Positions 1 to 9,322 of a stretch of 32,000 nt of DNA are shown piece by piece. Source of the DNA: Haloferax volcanii DS2 (GTDB taxonomy: Archaea; Halobacteriota; Halobacteria; Halobacteriales; Haloferacaceae); assembly GCF_000025685.1 (NCBI RefSeq), contig NC_013967.1, positions 1,350,001-1,382,000 on the forward strand, read 5' to 3'. Within the stretch, counting starts at the first letter, position 1; every line of letters starts with the position of its first letter. The notes beneath the pieces are model-generated. The model worked only from the letters and a program-made list of their open reading frames with translations. It was not told the DNA's origin and did not search any database. The position numbers and the translations under genes are program-made.

Positions 1-1053
1 CGGCGCGGACACCTCGGTTAGCATGGGGACGAACACCAGCGACGCGCCGGCCCAGTACACCGCCGCCGACACCTCCGAGCGCGGCCCGCCGGCCGTGTAG
101 CGGTCGACGAGGAACACCGCCGCGCCGAGGAGGACGACCGGAAGCGCCGCGAGGGCGAGCGCGCCGAGGAGGTCACCGAGATAGGGGAGGTACTCGTGGG
201 TCCCGTCGGGGTAGCGGTCGACGACGCGGACGCCGACGAACCGCCGGACCGAGTCGAACAGCGCCGCGTCGACTGCGCCGAGCACCGTCCCCGGCGTGTA
301 GAGGCCCGCGCCGTCGGTGTCGCCCGCCCGCGGCGCGAACGCGAAGATGTAGACGGCGACGAAGACGAGGAGCGCGCGAGCCGCGGGGGTCGCCGCGCCG
401 CGGACTCGGGCGGCGTACTCACCGAGGCGCATCGCGGCCGGGCGCGCCGACGGGAGGAGCGCCGCGTGGTCGAACACGAGGAACCCGGCGACGCCGAGAC
501 AGCAGAGTGCGACGACGCCGAGTCCCGACGAGGCGACGGCGAGCGCCAGAGCCGCGGCGAGTCCGTAGGCGTTGCGCCGCCCCGCGCCGTCGACGAGGCG
601 GAGCGCGAAGCCGAAGGCGACGAGCGCGAAGCCGACCGCGAGCACGTCGCCGCGGGCGAACCGGCCGTAGTAGACGAGAATCGGATTCGCCGCGAGGACG
701 GCCGCGAGCCCGAGAACCTCGTCGTCAGCGAGGCGGCCGCGGAAGAGGAGCGCCGCGATCGGGAGGGCCGCGCCGAACAGCGCGAAGGGGAGGCGGAGCG
801 CGAAATCGGTCGCGCCGACGAGCGCGAGCGACGGCCGCGAGAGGTGATAGACCAGCGGGCCGCCGGCGACGGGGCGGTACGAGAAGAAGCCGGTTTCGAG
901 CGATCGGAGGCTCCAGTAGCCGACGCGGGCCTCGTCCCAGTGGAGCGGCCGGTCGCCGAGGCCGACGAGGCGGACCACGAGTGCCGCGGCGGCGAGCGCG
1001 ACGACGGCGAGCGTCGTTCGGTCGGGTCGCCGCCCGGCGCGGGAGGGAATCAT
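1..1053 (-). CDS. Polytopic membrane protein, Agl23/TIGR03663-like (GT-C, ArnT/PMT-type fold); N-terminal 351 codons, 3' end lies beyond the left window edge
   Basis: Not on the ORF track because it runs off the edge. My translation of the minus strand from the ATG at 1053-1051 gives MIPSRAGRRPDRTTLAVVALAAAALVVRLVGLGDRPLHWDEARVGYWSLRSLETGFFSYRPVAGGPLVYHLS... It is open to position 1, with many hydrophobic helices and GC-rich third codon positions. The family assignment rests on a remembered N-terminal motif (HWDEAR..YRP..GP). Confidence 0.6.
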   Translation of the reverse strand, partial: MIPSRAGRRPDRTTLAVVALAAAALVVRLVGLGDRPLHWDEARVGYWSLRSLETGFFSYRPVAGGPLVYHLSRPSLALVGATDFALRLPFALFGAALPIAALLFRGRLADDEVLGLAAVLAANPILVYYGRFARGDVLAVGFALVAFGFALRLVDGAGRRNAYGLAAALALAVASSGLGVVALCCLGVAGFLVFDHAALLPSARPAAMRLGEYAARVRGAATPAARALLVFVAVYIFAFAPRAGDTDGAGLYTPGTVLGAVDAALFDSVRRFVGVRVVDRYPDGTHEYLPYLGDLLGALALAALPVVLLGAAVFLVDRYTAGGPRSEVSAAVYWAGASLVFVPMLTEVSAP

Positions 1054-1154
1054 GGGGTGACGTGGCGCGCCGGGCGGCAGAAAGGTTACGACTTGGACGG
1101 CCGCCGGCCCGCCCCTTCGAAAGCGTCATCCCCGCCGACCGGTAGCACTCGGAT

Positions 1155-1442
1155 ATGTCGCTCATCGAGTCGCTGCCCGCTCGCCCGCTCGAACCGCAGG
1201 AACTCACGTCTTTGAACCGCGCCGACGCGTTCGAACTCGTCGTCGCCGTCGAGGACGACGGCCCCGCCCGCAGTCTGCTCGTCGCCACCGAGGGGTGGGT
1301 CAAGGCTATCGCCCACGAGGACGACGCCGGCTGGTCGGTCGTCGAGACGGTCGCACTCGACGACGAGACCGAGCGAATCGACGGCCTGCAAGCGTGCGAG
1401 GAAGCCATTCTGTCGTTCCGAGACGACGGGAACGAGGAGTAG
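1155..1442 (+). CDS. Small acidic hypothetical protein (95 aa)
   Basis: ATG ORF with the acidic composition and high GC3 typical of haloarchaeal coding sequence. No domain recognised. Confidence 0.6.
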   Translation: MSLIESLPARPLEPQELTSLNRADAFELVVAVEDDGPARSLLVATEGWVKAIAHEDDAGWSVVETVALDDETERIDGLQACEEAILSFRDDGNEE

Positions 1443-1476
1443 TGTTAACCCCGTTCCGAACTAAGTATAATTCGTC

Positions 1477-1968
1477 ATGTACCGCGAAATCCTCGTCCCG
1501 ACCGACGGCAGCAAGGCCGCCGAACGCGCCATCGACCACGCGCTCGACCTCGCAGAGACCTACGACGCGCGGATTCACGCGCTGTACGTCGTCGATACCA
1601 GCATCTACACCTCGCTCGACGCCGGTGCGGACGTGGTCATCGACGCCCTCGAACGGGAGGGCGACGCCGCGACCCGACACGTCCGCGAAGCCGCCGAGGA
1701 AGCCGGCATCGACGTGCAGGCGGAGGTCGTCACCGGAACCGCCTACCGCTCCATCCGGGAGTACATCGACGGCCACGACATCGACCTCGTCGTCATGGGT
1801 ACCCACGGGCGCACGGGCCTGAGCCACTACCTGCTCGGGAGCGTCACCGAGCGCGTCGTCCGCACCTCGCCGGTGCCGGTGCTCACCATCCGACTGGACG
1901 ACGACGAAGAAAACGAGGCGGACGCCGCGGACGAAGCGACGGACGCGGACGCCGACGCCGAGGAGTAG
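1477..1968 (+). CDS. Universal stress protein (UspA family)
   Basis: MYREILVPTDGS...HALYVVD...DLVVMGTHGRTGLSHYLLGSVTERVVRTSPVPVLT is the canonical Usp fold signature. It has an acidic C-terminal tail. Confidence 0.9.
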   Translation: MYREILVPTDGSKAAERAIDHALDLAETYDARIHALYVVDTSIYTSLDAGADVVIDALEREGDAATRHVREAAEEAGIDVQAEVVTGTAYRSIREYIDGHDIDLVVMGTHGRTGLSHYLLGSVTERVVRTSPVPVLTIRLDDDEENEADAADEATDADADAEE

Positions 1969-2075
1969 GCCGACAGTTTCGGGGAGTCAAGACACAGCCT
2001 CGGCCGGCGCGGTCGGTGACGGGGTCGCCGCGGCTTTGATAAACAGTTTTGGTGCGGTCGCGCATACGCCGCGGT

Positions 2076-2402
2076 ATGACCGAGTACACCGTCGAGTTCG
2101 TCGGCACGGGCGAGACCATCACCGTCTCCGACAAGCAGACCATTCTCAAGGCCTGCATCGAGGAGGGCATCGCACAGGAGTACTCCTGCCGCGTCGGGAT
2201 GTGCCTCGCCTGCTCCGCCGAGATTCTCGAAGGCGACGTCACCCAGCCCGCCGCCCGCGGGCTGACCGAGGAGGAGGCCGAGCGCTTCGCGCTCACCTGC
2301 ATGGCCCGCCCGCAGAGCGACCTCAAACTCGACCGCGGCGTCTACCCGCCGAGCATCGAGGACGACGCCGCGGCCGCTGGCACCGCCGCAGACGACGACT
2401 GA
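2076..2402 (+). CDS. Plant-type [2Fe-2S] ferredoxin
   Basis: The CRVGMCLACSAEI...LTCMA cysteine pattern (C-x4-C-x2-C...C). I prefer the ATG at 2076 (MTEYTVEF) over the TTG at 2049. A TTTGATAAA TATA-like element lies about 32-40 nt upstream of 2076. Confidence 0.85.
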   Translation: MTEYTVEFVGTGETITVSDKQTILKACIEEGIAQEYSCRVGMCLACSAEILEGDVTQPAARGLTEEEAERFALTCMARPQSDLKLDRGVYPPSIEDDAAAAGTAADDD

Positions 2403-2529
2403 CGACGGGTACTCTCCGGGGGCGGCCCCGCGGCCGCCGACCCACGTTCTCAGTTCCGCATCGCGCCGCCGAGCCGACGCGCTGGCCCGACGTAGTCGCT
2501 CGACCCGCAATCTGCCCGCGAACCGCGCC

Positions 2530-3313
2530 TCACGCCTCGCTCGTCGCCGCGCAGTTGTTCGGCCCCAACTCGACTTCGAACGCCTCCTCGTCGGTCAGCG
2601 AGTTCCGACCGAGATTCGTCTCGATGATGCGCTCGTAGTTGGCCGGCCGCGGCGTCGTCCACGAGTCGCGCGTCGAAGTCGAGGCCGCGGTCGGCCGCGC
2701 CCGCCGGGAGGACGGGCGTCGCGTCGGTGCGCTCCGCGACCGCCCTGACGCCGCTGACGTGGTCGGCGTGGACGTGCGTGTCGACGGCGGCGACGACCTC
2801 AGCGCCGCGCTCGCGGGCGTCTGCGACGTAGCGGTCCGCGAACGCCCGAAGGGGGTCAACGACCACGGCCTCGTCGCCGACGACGACCAGATAGGCGAGA
2901 CAGCCGCTGGAGGGGCGGTCGTACTGGAGCACCGTCGCGTCCCTGTCCCCGTCCGCGTCTCCGACGGGGAGGTCGCGGGCGCGGTAGACGCGCGCCCAGC
3001 CGTCCATGCCGGTTTCGAGGTTCTCGGCGGGGACGCCGGCCTCGGAGAGCAGGCCGGCGACGTGGTCGCTCGACCGGCCCTCCGCGCAGACGACGACCAC
3101 CGGCGAGGGGGCGTCTCGGAACTCGGCGGCGAGTTCGTCGACCGTCCCGCGAATCTCGGCCTGCGTGAAGCGAATCGCCGGAATCTGGGTCGCGGTCACG
3201 GCCGCGCCGTCGACGCGCCACGCCGCGAACTCGTCGCGGTCGCGCGCGTCGAGCACCGCCGTGGGGTCGCCGCGGGCGAGTCGGGTCGCCAGTTCCTCGG
3301 GAGTCATACGCAC
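2530..3313 (-). pseudogene. Rhodanese-domain / metallo-beta-lactamase fusion gene, disrupted by an internal deletion plus frameshift
   Basis: Frame A (3313 down to about 2654) encodes a rhodanese domain and the start of an MBL domain (DTHVHADHVSG = HxHxDH), ending ...LDFDARLVDD. It then decays into Arg-rich nonsense until the stop at 2450. A different frame from about 2652 to 2533 encodes a typical C-terminus, PRPANYERIIETNLGRNSLTDEEAFEVELGPNNCAATSEA. The two parts total about 260 codons and 784 nt, which is not a multiple of 3. Confidence 0.6.
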
Positions 3314-3371
3314 ACGGTACGCGCGCCGGCCGCAAGAACGCTACGCGGACCGAAGAGAGAACAGTGACGCG

Positions 3372-5135
3372 CTACTCCGACGTTCCGCCGTCGTTGCTCA
3401 GGCGGTTCGAGGGCGGTTCGTCGAAATCGAAGTCGCCGAGGACGCCCTCCGGTGGGTCGTCGACGCCGCCGGCGGCTGCGTTGCCGGCTCCCGTCTCCGG
3501 GAGCGTGTTCTGCCCGGTTCCGTCGCCCGTCTCGCCGCCGAGGCGTTCGGCCGCGTCGCGAATCGAAAGCACCTGCTCGGTCTGCGAGCGGTTGGCGTCT
3601 GCGATTTCGCCGATTTGGTCCGACACGGTGGTCGCGCGCTCCGTCGCGTCGTCGACCATCCCGGCGATTTGCTCGGCGCTCTCGGCCTGGTCGTCGGTCG
3701 CAGAGGCGACTTCGCCGACGCCGACGGTGGCCTGTTCGACCGCCGCCGAGATGTCCGAGAGACTCCGCATCACGTCCTCGCCGCGGTCGATGCCGTCGTA
3801 GAGTCGCTCGGTCGTCTGCGAGAGGCTGTCGATGGTCTCCTGGGCCTCGGACTGGATGTCGCCCACCGTGCCTTCGACCTCGGCGGCGCGGGCCTGCGAC
3901 TCCTCGGCGAGGTTCTTCACCTCGCTGGCGACGACGGCGAAACCCTCGCCCGCGTCGCCGGCGCGGGCGGCCTCGATGGAGGCGTTGAGCGCGAGCAGGT
4001 TCGTCTGCTCCGCGATGTCGTTGATGGCGTCGAGCACTTCGTCGATCTCCGCGATTTGGTCGTGCAGTTGCTGGACGTCCTCCGAAGCCGTCTCCGCGGC
4101 CTCGCTCACGTCGCGCATCACGTCGATGGCCTCGTCGGCCGCGTCCTCGCCCTCGGATGCGCGCGTTGCGGCGTCGGCGCTGGTCCGCTCGACCTCCTCC
4201 GCGGTCGCCGCAATCTCCTCGACGGTCGCGCTTAGCTCCGACACTTCGGCGGCGACCGTCGCCATGTCGTCGGCCTGCGCCCGCGCCGTGGTCTCGATGT
4301 CGTCGGTCCGCTCGGTGACCTCCTCGGAACTCCGCAGGAGCGACTCGACGGGGTCGCTCACGTCGGCTTCGACCTCGTGTGCGAGGGCGCGCCGACGCTC
4401 GGCGGCCTCGCGCGCCGCCTGACTGTACGAGTGGATGTACGTCTCCATCGCCACCTGCTGGTCGAGCGACAGGAGCTTCAACACGGGGAGGAAGCGCTCG
4501 ACGACCTCGTCGACGGCGGCTTCGACCCGGTCGTCGCCGCCGCGGAGGCCGCTCGAAACGCCGGACGCGCCGCCGAGAAGTCCCGAGAGCAGGCCGCTGT
4601 CGGCGTCGGTATCGCCGGCCGCGTCGCCTTCGAACTCGGTGTCAGTGTCGCTCCCGACCGTGTCGCCGCCGGTGAACTCCGCTTTCACTTCGTCCGCGAC
4701 GGCACCGAGAATGCCCTCGTAGTAGACCGAATACGCGCCGAGATAGAACTTCGGCCCGAGGTCTATCATATCGTGTAGCTTCCCGATACGCGCCCGCTTC
4801 GCGAAGTAGTCCTCGCCGTACTCGCCGCGACCGAGTTCGCGGAGGTAGGTCGCCTGGTCGGCCCGCAGCATTTCCGTGGTCTTCGTCGAGCGACCGAAGA
4901 ACTTCGTCGTCGCGTGCTCGCCGAGGTGGTCGTAGAACTCCGCCGCGAACTCGTCCGCGAACTCGTCCAAGAGCGGTTCGAGGTCGCTCAGACGGCGCTC
5001 GTCCGCGTCCGAGAGGCGAACGAACGATTTCCGGCGGTCGATTTCCGCCGCGTCGATATCCAGCTGCGAGAGCAGCGCGTCTCCGTCGACGCGAGCTCGC
5101 GCGTTGGCGTCGACTTGCCCCGAGGTGTCTGTCAT
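3372..5135 (-). CDS. hemAT: Heme-based aerotactic transducer HemAT (globin-coupled sensor + methyl-accepting signalling domain), soluble
   Basis: The N-terminus has a globin-coupled sensor pattern (..[35 protein letters not shown]..). The C-terminus has the MCP core ([40 protein letters not shown]). No TM helices. Confidence 0.85.
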   Translation of the reverse strand: MTDTSGQVDANARARVDGDALLSQLDIDAAEIDRRKSFVRLSDADERRLSDLEPLLDEFADEFAAEFYDHLGEHATTKFFGRSTKTTEMLRADQATYLRELGRGEYGEDYFAKRARIGKLHDMIDLGPKFYLGAYSVYYEGILGAVADEVKAEFTGGDTVGSDTDTEFEGDAAGDTDADSGLLSGLLGGASGVSSGLRGGDDRVEAAVDEVVERFLPVLKLLSLDQQVAMETYIHSYSQAAREAAERRRALAHEVEADVSDPVESLLRSSEEVTERTDDIETTARAQADDMATVAAEVSELSATVEEIAATAEEVERTSADAATRASEGEDAADEAIDVMRDVSEAAETASEDVQQLHDQIAEIDEVLDAINDIAEQTNLLALNASIEAARAGDAGEGFAVVASEVKNLAEESQARAAEVEGTVGDIQSEAQETIDSLSQTTERLYDGIDRGEDVMRSLSDISAAVEQATVGVGEVASATDDQAESAEQIAGMVDDATERATTVSDQIGEIADANRSQTEQVLSIRDAAERLGGETGDGTGQNTLPETGAGNAAAGGVDDPPEGVLGDFDFDEPPSNRLSNDGGTSE

Positions 5136-5279
5136 ATACCTCTCTCAACAGACACCGGTATTTCAACCCTCTCCGCGGAGTATCACGAATGATAGAGCGG
5201 GGGAAGAGGGATAACCGTGAGAATCTCGTTCTCGTGGGCCGGACCGAACGTTCACGTCGCTGGCGGACCGAGAGGCGGT

Positions 5280-5915
5280 ATGGACGCCGATTCGTTCCGC
5301 GAGTCAGTCGAGACGGCGAAGCGAACCCAACTCGACCGGCTCGGCTCGTCGAAGCTCCTGTTGGCGCTGACCGAGGCGGACCTCTCCGAGCCGGCGGTGC
5401 TCCGCGCCGCCGCGTACTCCGAGCACGCGGCCCGCGGGACGTTCGCGGCGTGGGCCGAAGACGAGACGGACGAGGAAGCGAGCGCCGCGTTCGAGGCCAC
5501 CGCGGCGCAGGAAGCCGAGCACCTCGACCGCGTCCTCGGCGCGCTCGACGAGGCGGTCGACCTTCCCGACGAACCCGGCGTGATGCACGCGTACCTCCGC
5601 GGTCGCGAGGACGCTATCGAGCGGGTCGCCGCCGGCATGGTCGGCCGCGGCCTCGTCTCGATTCGGACCCACACGCAGGTCATCGGCTTCTTCGTCAACG
5701 AGACGGACGAGCCCCGCGCCGACCTCTTTCGCGACCTGAAAGCCGAGACCGAAGAGACGCTTGCGACCGGCCTCGACCTCTTGGCCGACCGCTGTGCGAC
5801 CGACGACGACTGGGAGCGCGCCCGGATGGTCGCAGAGTACGTCGTCCAACTGGCGTACGACGACTACGCCGACGGCCTCGCCGAACTCGGCGTCGACCCG
5901 AAGCCGCTCTGCTGA
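5280..5915 (+). CDS. Ferritin-like / rubrerythrin-like diiron-fold protein (tentative)
   Basis: Acidic 211-aa protein with two E..H pairs (YSEHAARG, QEAEHLDRV). The ATG at 5280 is preferred. The track ORF starts at a GTG at 5217, giving a poorly coding-looking extension. Confidence 0.6.
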   Translation: MDADSFRESVETAKRTQLDRLGSSKLLLALTEADLSEPAVLRAAAYSEHAARGTFAAWAEDETDEEASAAFEATAAQEAEHLDRVLGALDEAVDLPDEPGVMHAYLRGREDAIERVAAGMVGRGLVSIRTHTQVIGFFVNETDEPRADLFRDLKAETEETLATGLDLLADRCATDDDWERARMVAEYVVQLAYDDYADGLAELGVDPKPLC

Positions 5916-5935
5916 GTCGACGCCGCGACGCCCGG

Positions 5936-5977
5936 CCCGCACCGCCCAGCCCCGCACCGCCCAGCCCCGCACCGCCG
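5936..5977. repeat. 15-bp tandem repeat CCCGCACCGCCCAGC, about 2.8 copies
   Basis: Units at 5936-5950 and 5951-5965 are identical. A third, partial unit at 5966-5977 matches 11 of 12. It lies in the spacer between the ferritin-like gene and the MOSC gene. Confidence 0.85.
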
Positions 5978-6015
5978 ACCCAATCTATTCGTGTCCCCGA
6001 GTGGTAGCCGATGGT

Positions 6016-6600
6016 ATGACTTCCGAGGTTCGCGGGCGCGTCGAGGCGCTCTACACCGCGCCGTCGAAGGGTGAGCCGATGGTCTCCCACGAGGCCGTCT
6101 CGGTCGCGCGAGGCGGCATCGAAGGCGACCGCTACTTCGACGGCGACGGCTTCTACTCGGCGACCGACGGCTGTCAGGTGACGCTCGTCGACGCCGCGGT
6201 GCTGGACGACGCGGCCCGCGAGTACGGCCTCGACCTCGCTGACGGCCAACACCGCCGTAACGTCGTCGTCCGCGGCGTCGACCTCGACGCCCTGCTCGAC
6301 GCGACGTTCCAACTCGGCGGGGCCGAACTCCGCGGGACGAAGCTCAGGCCGCCGTGCGCGTATCTCGCGGACCTCGTCGGCGACGACGACGTGGGCGAGG
6401 CGCTCCGCGAGTCCCGGGGCGGCATCTGCGCGGACGTGCTCTCTCCCGGCCGGGTCGCCGTCGACGACGACCTCCGCGTGACCGAGGCGAACCCGCGGGA
6501 GATGGGTCGCCAGCTAGCCGAGCGACTCCGCGGCGAGCGAGTCGAAGACGGCGGCGAAGCCGCGGCGAACCACGGAGAACGCGGAGACGGCAACGAATGA
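6016..6600 (+). CDS. MOSC domain protein
   Basis: MTSEVRGRVEALYTAPSKGEPMV...GGIEGDRYF...HRRNVVVRGVDL...RGTKLRPPCAYL matches the MOSC beta-barrel pattern with its conserved Cys. The ATG at 6016 is 26 nt downstream of an AATCTATT TATA-like element. Confidence 0.8.
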   Translation: MTSEVRGRVEALYTAPSKGEPMVSHEAVSVARGGIEGDRYFDGDGFYSATDGCQVTLVDAAVLDDAAREYGLDLADGQHRRNVVVRGVDLDALLDATFQLGGAELRGTKLRPPCAYLADLVGDDDVGEALRESRGGICADVLSPGRVAVDDDLRVTEANPREMGRQLAERLRGERVEDGGEAAANHGERGDGNE

Positions 6601-7814
6601 CCGGCGGCGGCGACGACGATACGGCCGCCGGAACCCCGGTCGAGCGCGCGAAGGCCACGCTCGCGGCGCTCGGAGCCGACGGCGACGCCCCGAGTCGGCG
6701 TTCGCGGTCGACGACGGCCCCGACGGTCGCCGTCGCCCCCGGCCGCGTGAACCTCGTCGGCGGGCACACCGACTACAACGACGGCCTCTGCCTCCCGATG
6801 GCCGTCGACCGCCACGTCGCGGTCGCGGCCCGTCCCCGAAGCGACGACCTGCTCCGCGTCCGCGCCGCCGATTTCGACGAGACGGCCGAACTCGCCCCCG
6901 ACGACGACCCCAAGGGCTGGGCGGCCTACGTCGCCGCGGTCGCGCGCGTCCTCCGCGAGGAAGACCCAATCGGCGGCGCGGACCTCGCTATCGCATCCGA
7001 CGTGCCGACGGGCGCGGGACTCTCCTCGTCGGCCGCGCTCGAACTTGCCGTCGGCCGCGCGCTCCTCGCGGTCTCCGGCCGCGACCTCCCCGCCGCCGAC
7101 CTCGCGCTGGCGTGCTGGCGGGCCGAGCGCGAGGGCGTCGGCGTCGAATGCGGCATCCTCGACCAGTTCTCGGCGGCGCTGTGCGAGGCCGATTCGGCGC
7201 TCTCTCTCGACTGCCGGAGCCGCGAGACCGAGCCGGTCCCCCTCGGCGACGGCGTCGGCGTTCTCGTCATCGACACCGGCGTCTCCCACGAACTGACCGA
7301 GTCGGGCTACAACGACCGCGTCCGCGAGTGCGCGGCGGCGCTCGATACCCTCCGCGAGGACGCCGACCGCGACCTCGACTCCCTGCGCGACGTGGACCGC
7401 GACCTCCTCGACGCCCACGCCGACGCGCTGGACCCGGTTCACTTCCGCCGCGTCCGACACGTCGTGACCGAAAACGAGCGCGTCCGTCGCGCCCGCGACG
7501 CGCTCGCCGCGGGCGACCTCGACCGCGTCGGCGACGCGATGCTCGCGGCCCACGACAGCCTGCGCGACGACTACGAGGTGAGCTGTCCGGAACTCGACGC
7601 GGCGGTCGAACTCGCCGCCGAGACGCCGGGCGTCTACGGTGCGCGGATGACCGGCGGCGGCTTCGGTGGAAGCGCGGTCGCGTTAGTCGATGACGACGCG
7701 CTCGACCGAGCCGAGCGCGCGATTCGAGACGCCGCCCCCGAGCGCGTCGGCCCCGACGCCGACGTGTTCGCCTGCCGCCCCTCCGCCGGCGTTCGACTGG
7801 TCGGTGAGGAGTGA
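6597..7814 (+). CDS. galK: Galactokinase (GHMP kinase family)
   Basis: APGRVNLVGGHTDYNDG (galactokinase signature), PTGAGLSSSAALE (GHMP motif II) and GARMTGGGFGGS (motif III). The start ATG at 6597 overlaps the MOSC stop (ATGA). Confidence 0.85.
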   Translation: MTGGGDDDTAAGTPVERAKATLAALGADGDAPSRRSRSTTAPTVAVAPGRVNLVGGHTDYNDGLCLPMAVDRHVAVAARPRSDDLLRVRAADFDETAELAPDDDPKGWAAYVAAVARVLREEDPIGGADLAIASDVPTGAGLSSSAALELAVGRALLAVSGRDLPAADLALACWRAEREGVGVECGILDQFSAALCEADSALSLDCRSRETEPVPLGDGVGVLVIDTGVSHELTESGYNDRVRECAAALDTLREDADRDLDSLRDVDRDLLDAHADALDPVHFRRVRHVVTENERVRRARDALAAGDLDRVGDAMLAAHDSLRDDYEVSCPELDAAVELAAETPGVYGARMTGGGFGGSAVALVDDDALDRAERAIRDAAPERVGPDADVFACRPSAGVRLVGEE

Positions 7815-7847
7815 GCGCGAGCCGACGGCTCCGCGCGGTGTCTCGCG

Positions 7848-7867
7848 AAAAATCGCACGCGGGTGCG
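7848..7867 (-). terminator. Hairpin + T5 candidate terminator downstream of gnaD
   Basis: The minus strand reads CGCAC-CCGC-GUGCG followed by A-UUUUU. It lies 133-152 nt after the gnaD stop. Confidence 0.35.
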
Positions 7868-7999
7868 TGAGTTCGGGGTTGGATTCTGCTTCGGCTTCCG
7901 CCTCGTCGAACGAGACGAATCTCCGATTCGCCGGCTCGACGAGTCGTTTCACTCCTCGTCGAATAGTGTCGAGCGAAGCTCGACTGATTCGACTTCGGC

Positions 8000-9238
8000 T
8001 TACGCCTCGTCGAACAGCGTCTCGCCGTCGACCATGTGCTCTTCGACGGTGTCCATGTCCAGCGTCACGCCGAGGCCCGGCTTCTCCGGAATCTCGATGT
8101 AGCCGTCCTCGATGACCGTCTCCTCGACGAGGTCTTCCCACCAGCCCAGCTCGTAGGAGTGGTACTCGACGGCCAGCGAGTTCGGAATCGCCGTGCCGAC
8201 GTGCGCCGACGCCATCGTCGCGACCGGCGACGAGACGTTGTGCATCGCGACCGGCACGTAGTACTGGTTCGCCACGTCCGCGATTTTCTGCGTCTCGCGC
8301 ATCCCGCCGACCTTCGGCATGTCCGGCGCGACGATGTCAACGGCCTGGTTCTCGATGAGGCGGCGAAGCTCCGTCACGCGGTAGCGGTTCTCACCGACCG
8401 TGATGGGCGTGAGCGTGGACTTCGTGACCTCCTCCTGCACGTCGAGGTTCTCCGGCGGGACGGGGTCTTCGAGCCACCACACGTCGTAGTCTTCCAACTC
8501 AGCCGCGAGGCGCTTGGCGCTCCCGCCCGAGAACGTCCAGTGGCAGTCGAACGCCACGTCCGCCTTGTCCTTGACGCGCTCTGTGACCTTCTCGACGATT
8601 TCGGCCTTGTGCCGAATCTCGCCGGGGCGCAGGTGGCGGTTCGCGCGGTCCTTCTCGTGGCCCGAGGGCACGTCGAGGTCGAACTTCAGCGCGTCGTAGC
8701 CGAGTTCGTCGACCACGCGCTCGGCCTCGTCGGCGCACGCTTCGGGGTCGGCCTCCTCCTCGGTGTGGCAGTCGCAGTAGACCCGCACCTTGTCGCGGTA
8801 CTTCCCGCCGAGAAGCTGATAGGCGGGGATGTCGAGAATCTTGCCCGCGAGGTCGTGGAGCGCGACTTCGATGCCGGAGATGGCGGTGACGGTGACGCCC
8901 TCGACGGAGCCCTCGCCGGACATCTTCTGAACGAGGTGCTCGTACAGGCGGTCGATGTCGAGGGGGTTCTCACCGATGACGAACGGCTTCATGCGCTCGA
9001 TGAGTTCGGGCACGCCCGCGCCCCAGTAGGCCTCGCCGGTGCCGACGACGCCCGCGTCGGTGTAGATGCGGACGAGCGTCCACGGGAAGTTGCCGTCGAC
9101 CATCGTCGTCTGCACGTCGGTGATTTCGACGTCGCGGCCGCCGCCGCGCTTCGCCGTCACGCCCATCGTCTCCGCCGACAGCTCTCGCATCGTGTACTCC
9201 GCGTTCGGGTCGTGTAAGTCCGCGTAGTTCTTACCCAT
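8000..9238 (-). CDS. gnaD: Enolase-superfamily sugar-acid dehydratase, probably gluconate dehydratase of the semiphosphorylative Entner-Doudoroff pathway
   Basis: A 412-aa mandelate racemase / muconate-lactonising family protein (..VRIYTDAGVVGTGEAYWG.., ..WWLEDPVPPEN..). The specific assignment relies on my recollection that HVO_1488 is gnaD. A GGAAAAC-TTTACTAA BRE/TATA lies 21 nt upstream of the ATG. Confidence 0.75.
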   Translation of the reverse strand: MGKNYADLHDPNAEYTMRELSAETMGVTAKRGGGRDVEITDVQTTMVDGNFPWTLVRIYTDAGVVGTGEAYWGAGVPELIERMKPFVIGENPLDIDRLYEHLVQKMSGEGSVEGVTVTAISGIEVALHDLAGKILDIPAYQLLGGKYRDKVRVYCDCHTEEEADPEACADEAERVVDELGYDALKFDLDVPSGHEKDRANRHLRPGEIRHKAEIVEKVTERVKDKADVAFDCHWTFSGGSAKRLAAELEDYDVWWLEDPVPPENLDVQEEVTKSTLTPITVGENRYRVTELRRLIENQAVDIVAPDMPKVGGMRETQKIADVANQYYVPVAMHNVSSPVATMASAHVGTAIPNSLAVEYHSYELGWWEDLVEETVIEDGYIEIPEKPGLGVTLDMDTVEEHMVDGETLFDEA

Positions 9239-9322
9239 GAAGGGTAGTTTACTCGGACGTTAGTAAAGTTTTCCCGACCGGGACAGCTCTCCGCTCGGGT
9301 CTCGAGGGAACGGGACGCGAAG

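Noticed and set aside
196-1215. Long ORFs on the track that overlap real genes in other frames or on the other strand. Examples: 196-1215(+), 507-1145(+), 3006-4235(+), 6174-7553(-), 8036-9217(+), 10165-12021(-), 10869-12044(+), 15011-16119(+), 17135-18394(+), 18443-19894(+), 20097-21329(+), 22038-23447(+), 23541-25061(+), 26203-27156(+), 29253-30128(-).
   Set aside because: Their translations are Arg/Pro/Gly/Ala-rich and strongly basic, the usual shadow-frame artefact of 65% GC DNA. Each overlaps a gene with clear family motifs and an acidic haloarchaeal composition.
2641-2648. A GGCCGGCC (FseI) site exactly at the rhodanese-MBL deletion junction, which could hint at an engineered deletion.
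   Set aside because: GC-only 8-mers are common in this composition. There is no vector scar or other engineering signature, so I treat it as coincidence.
5247-5254. A GAACGTTC palindrome upstream of the ferritin-like gene, sharing the AACGTT core with the pfkB/ptfC inverted-repeat arms. It could suggest a common regulator.
   Set aside because: By my estimate about 3 AACGTT hexamers are expected by chance in 32 kb at this composition, so the link is not supported beyond the 9-bp repeat itself.
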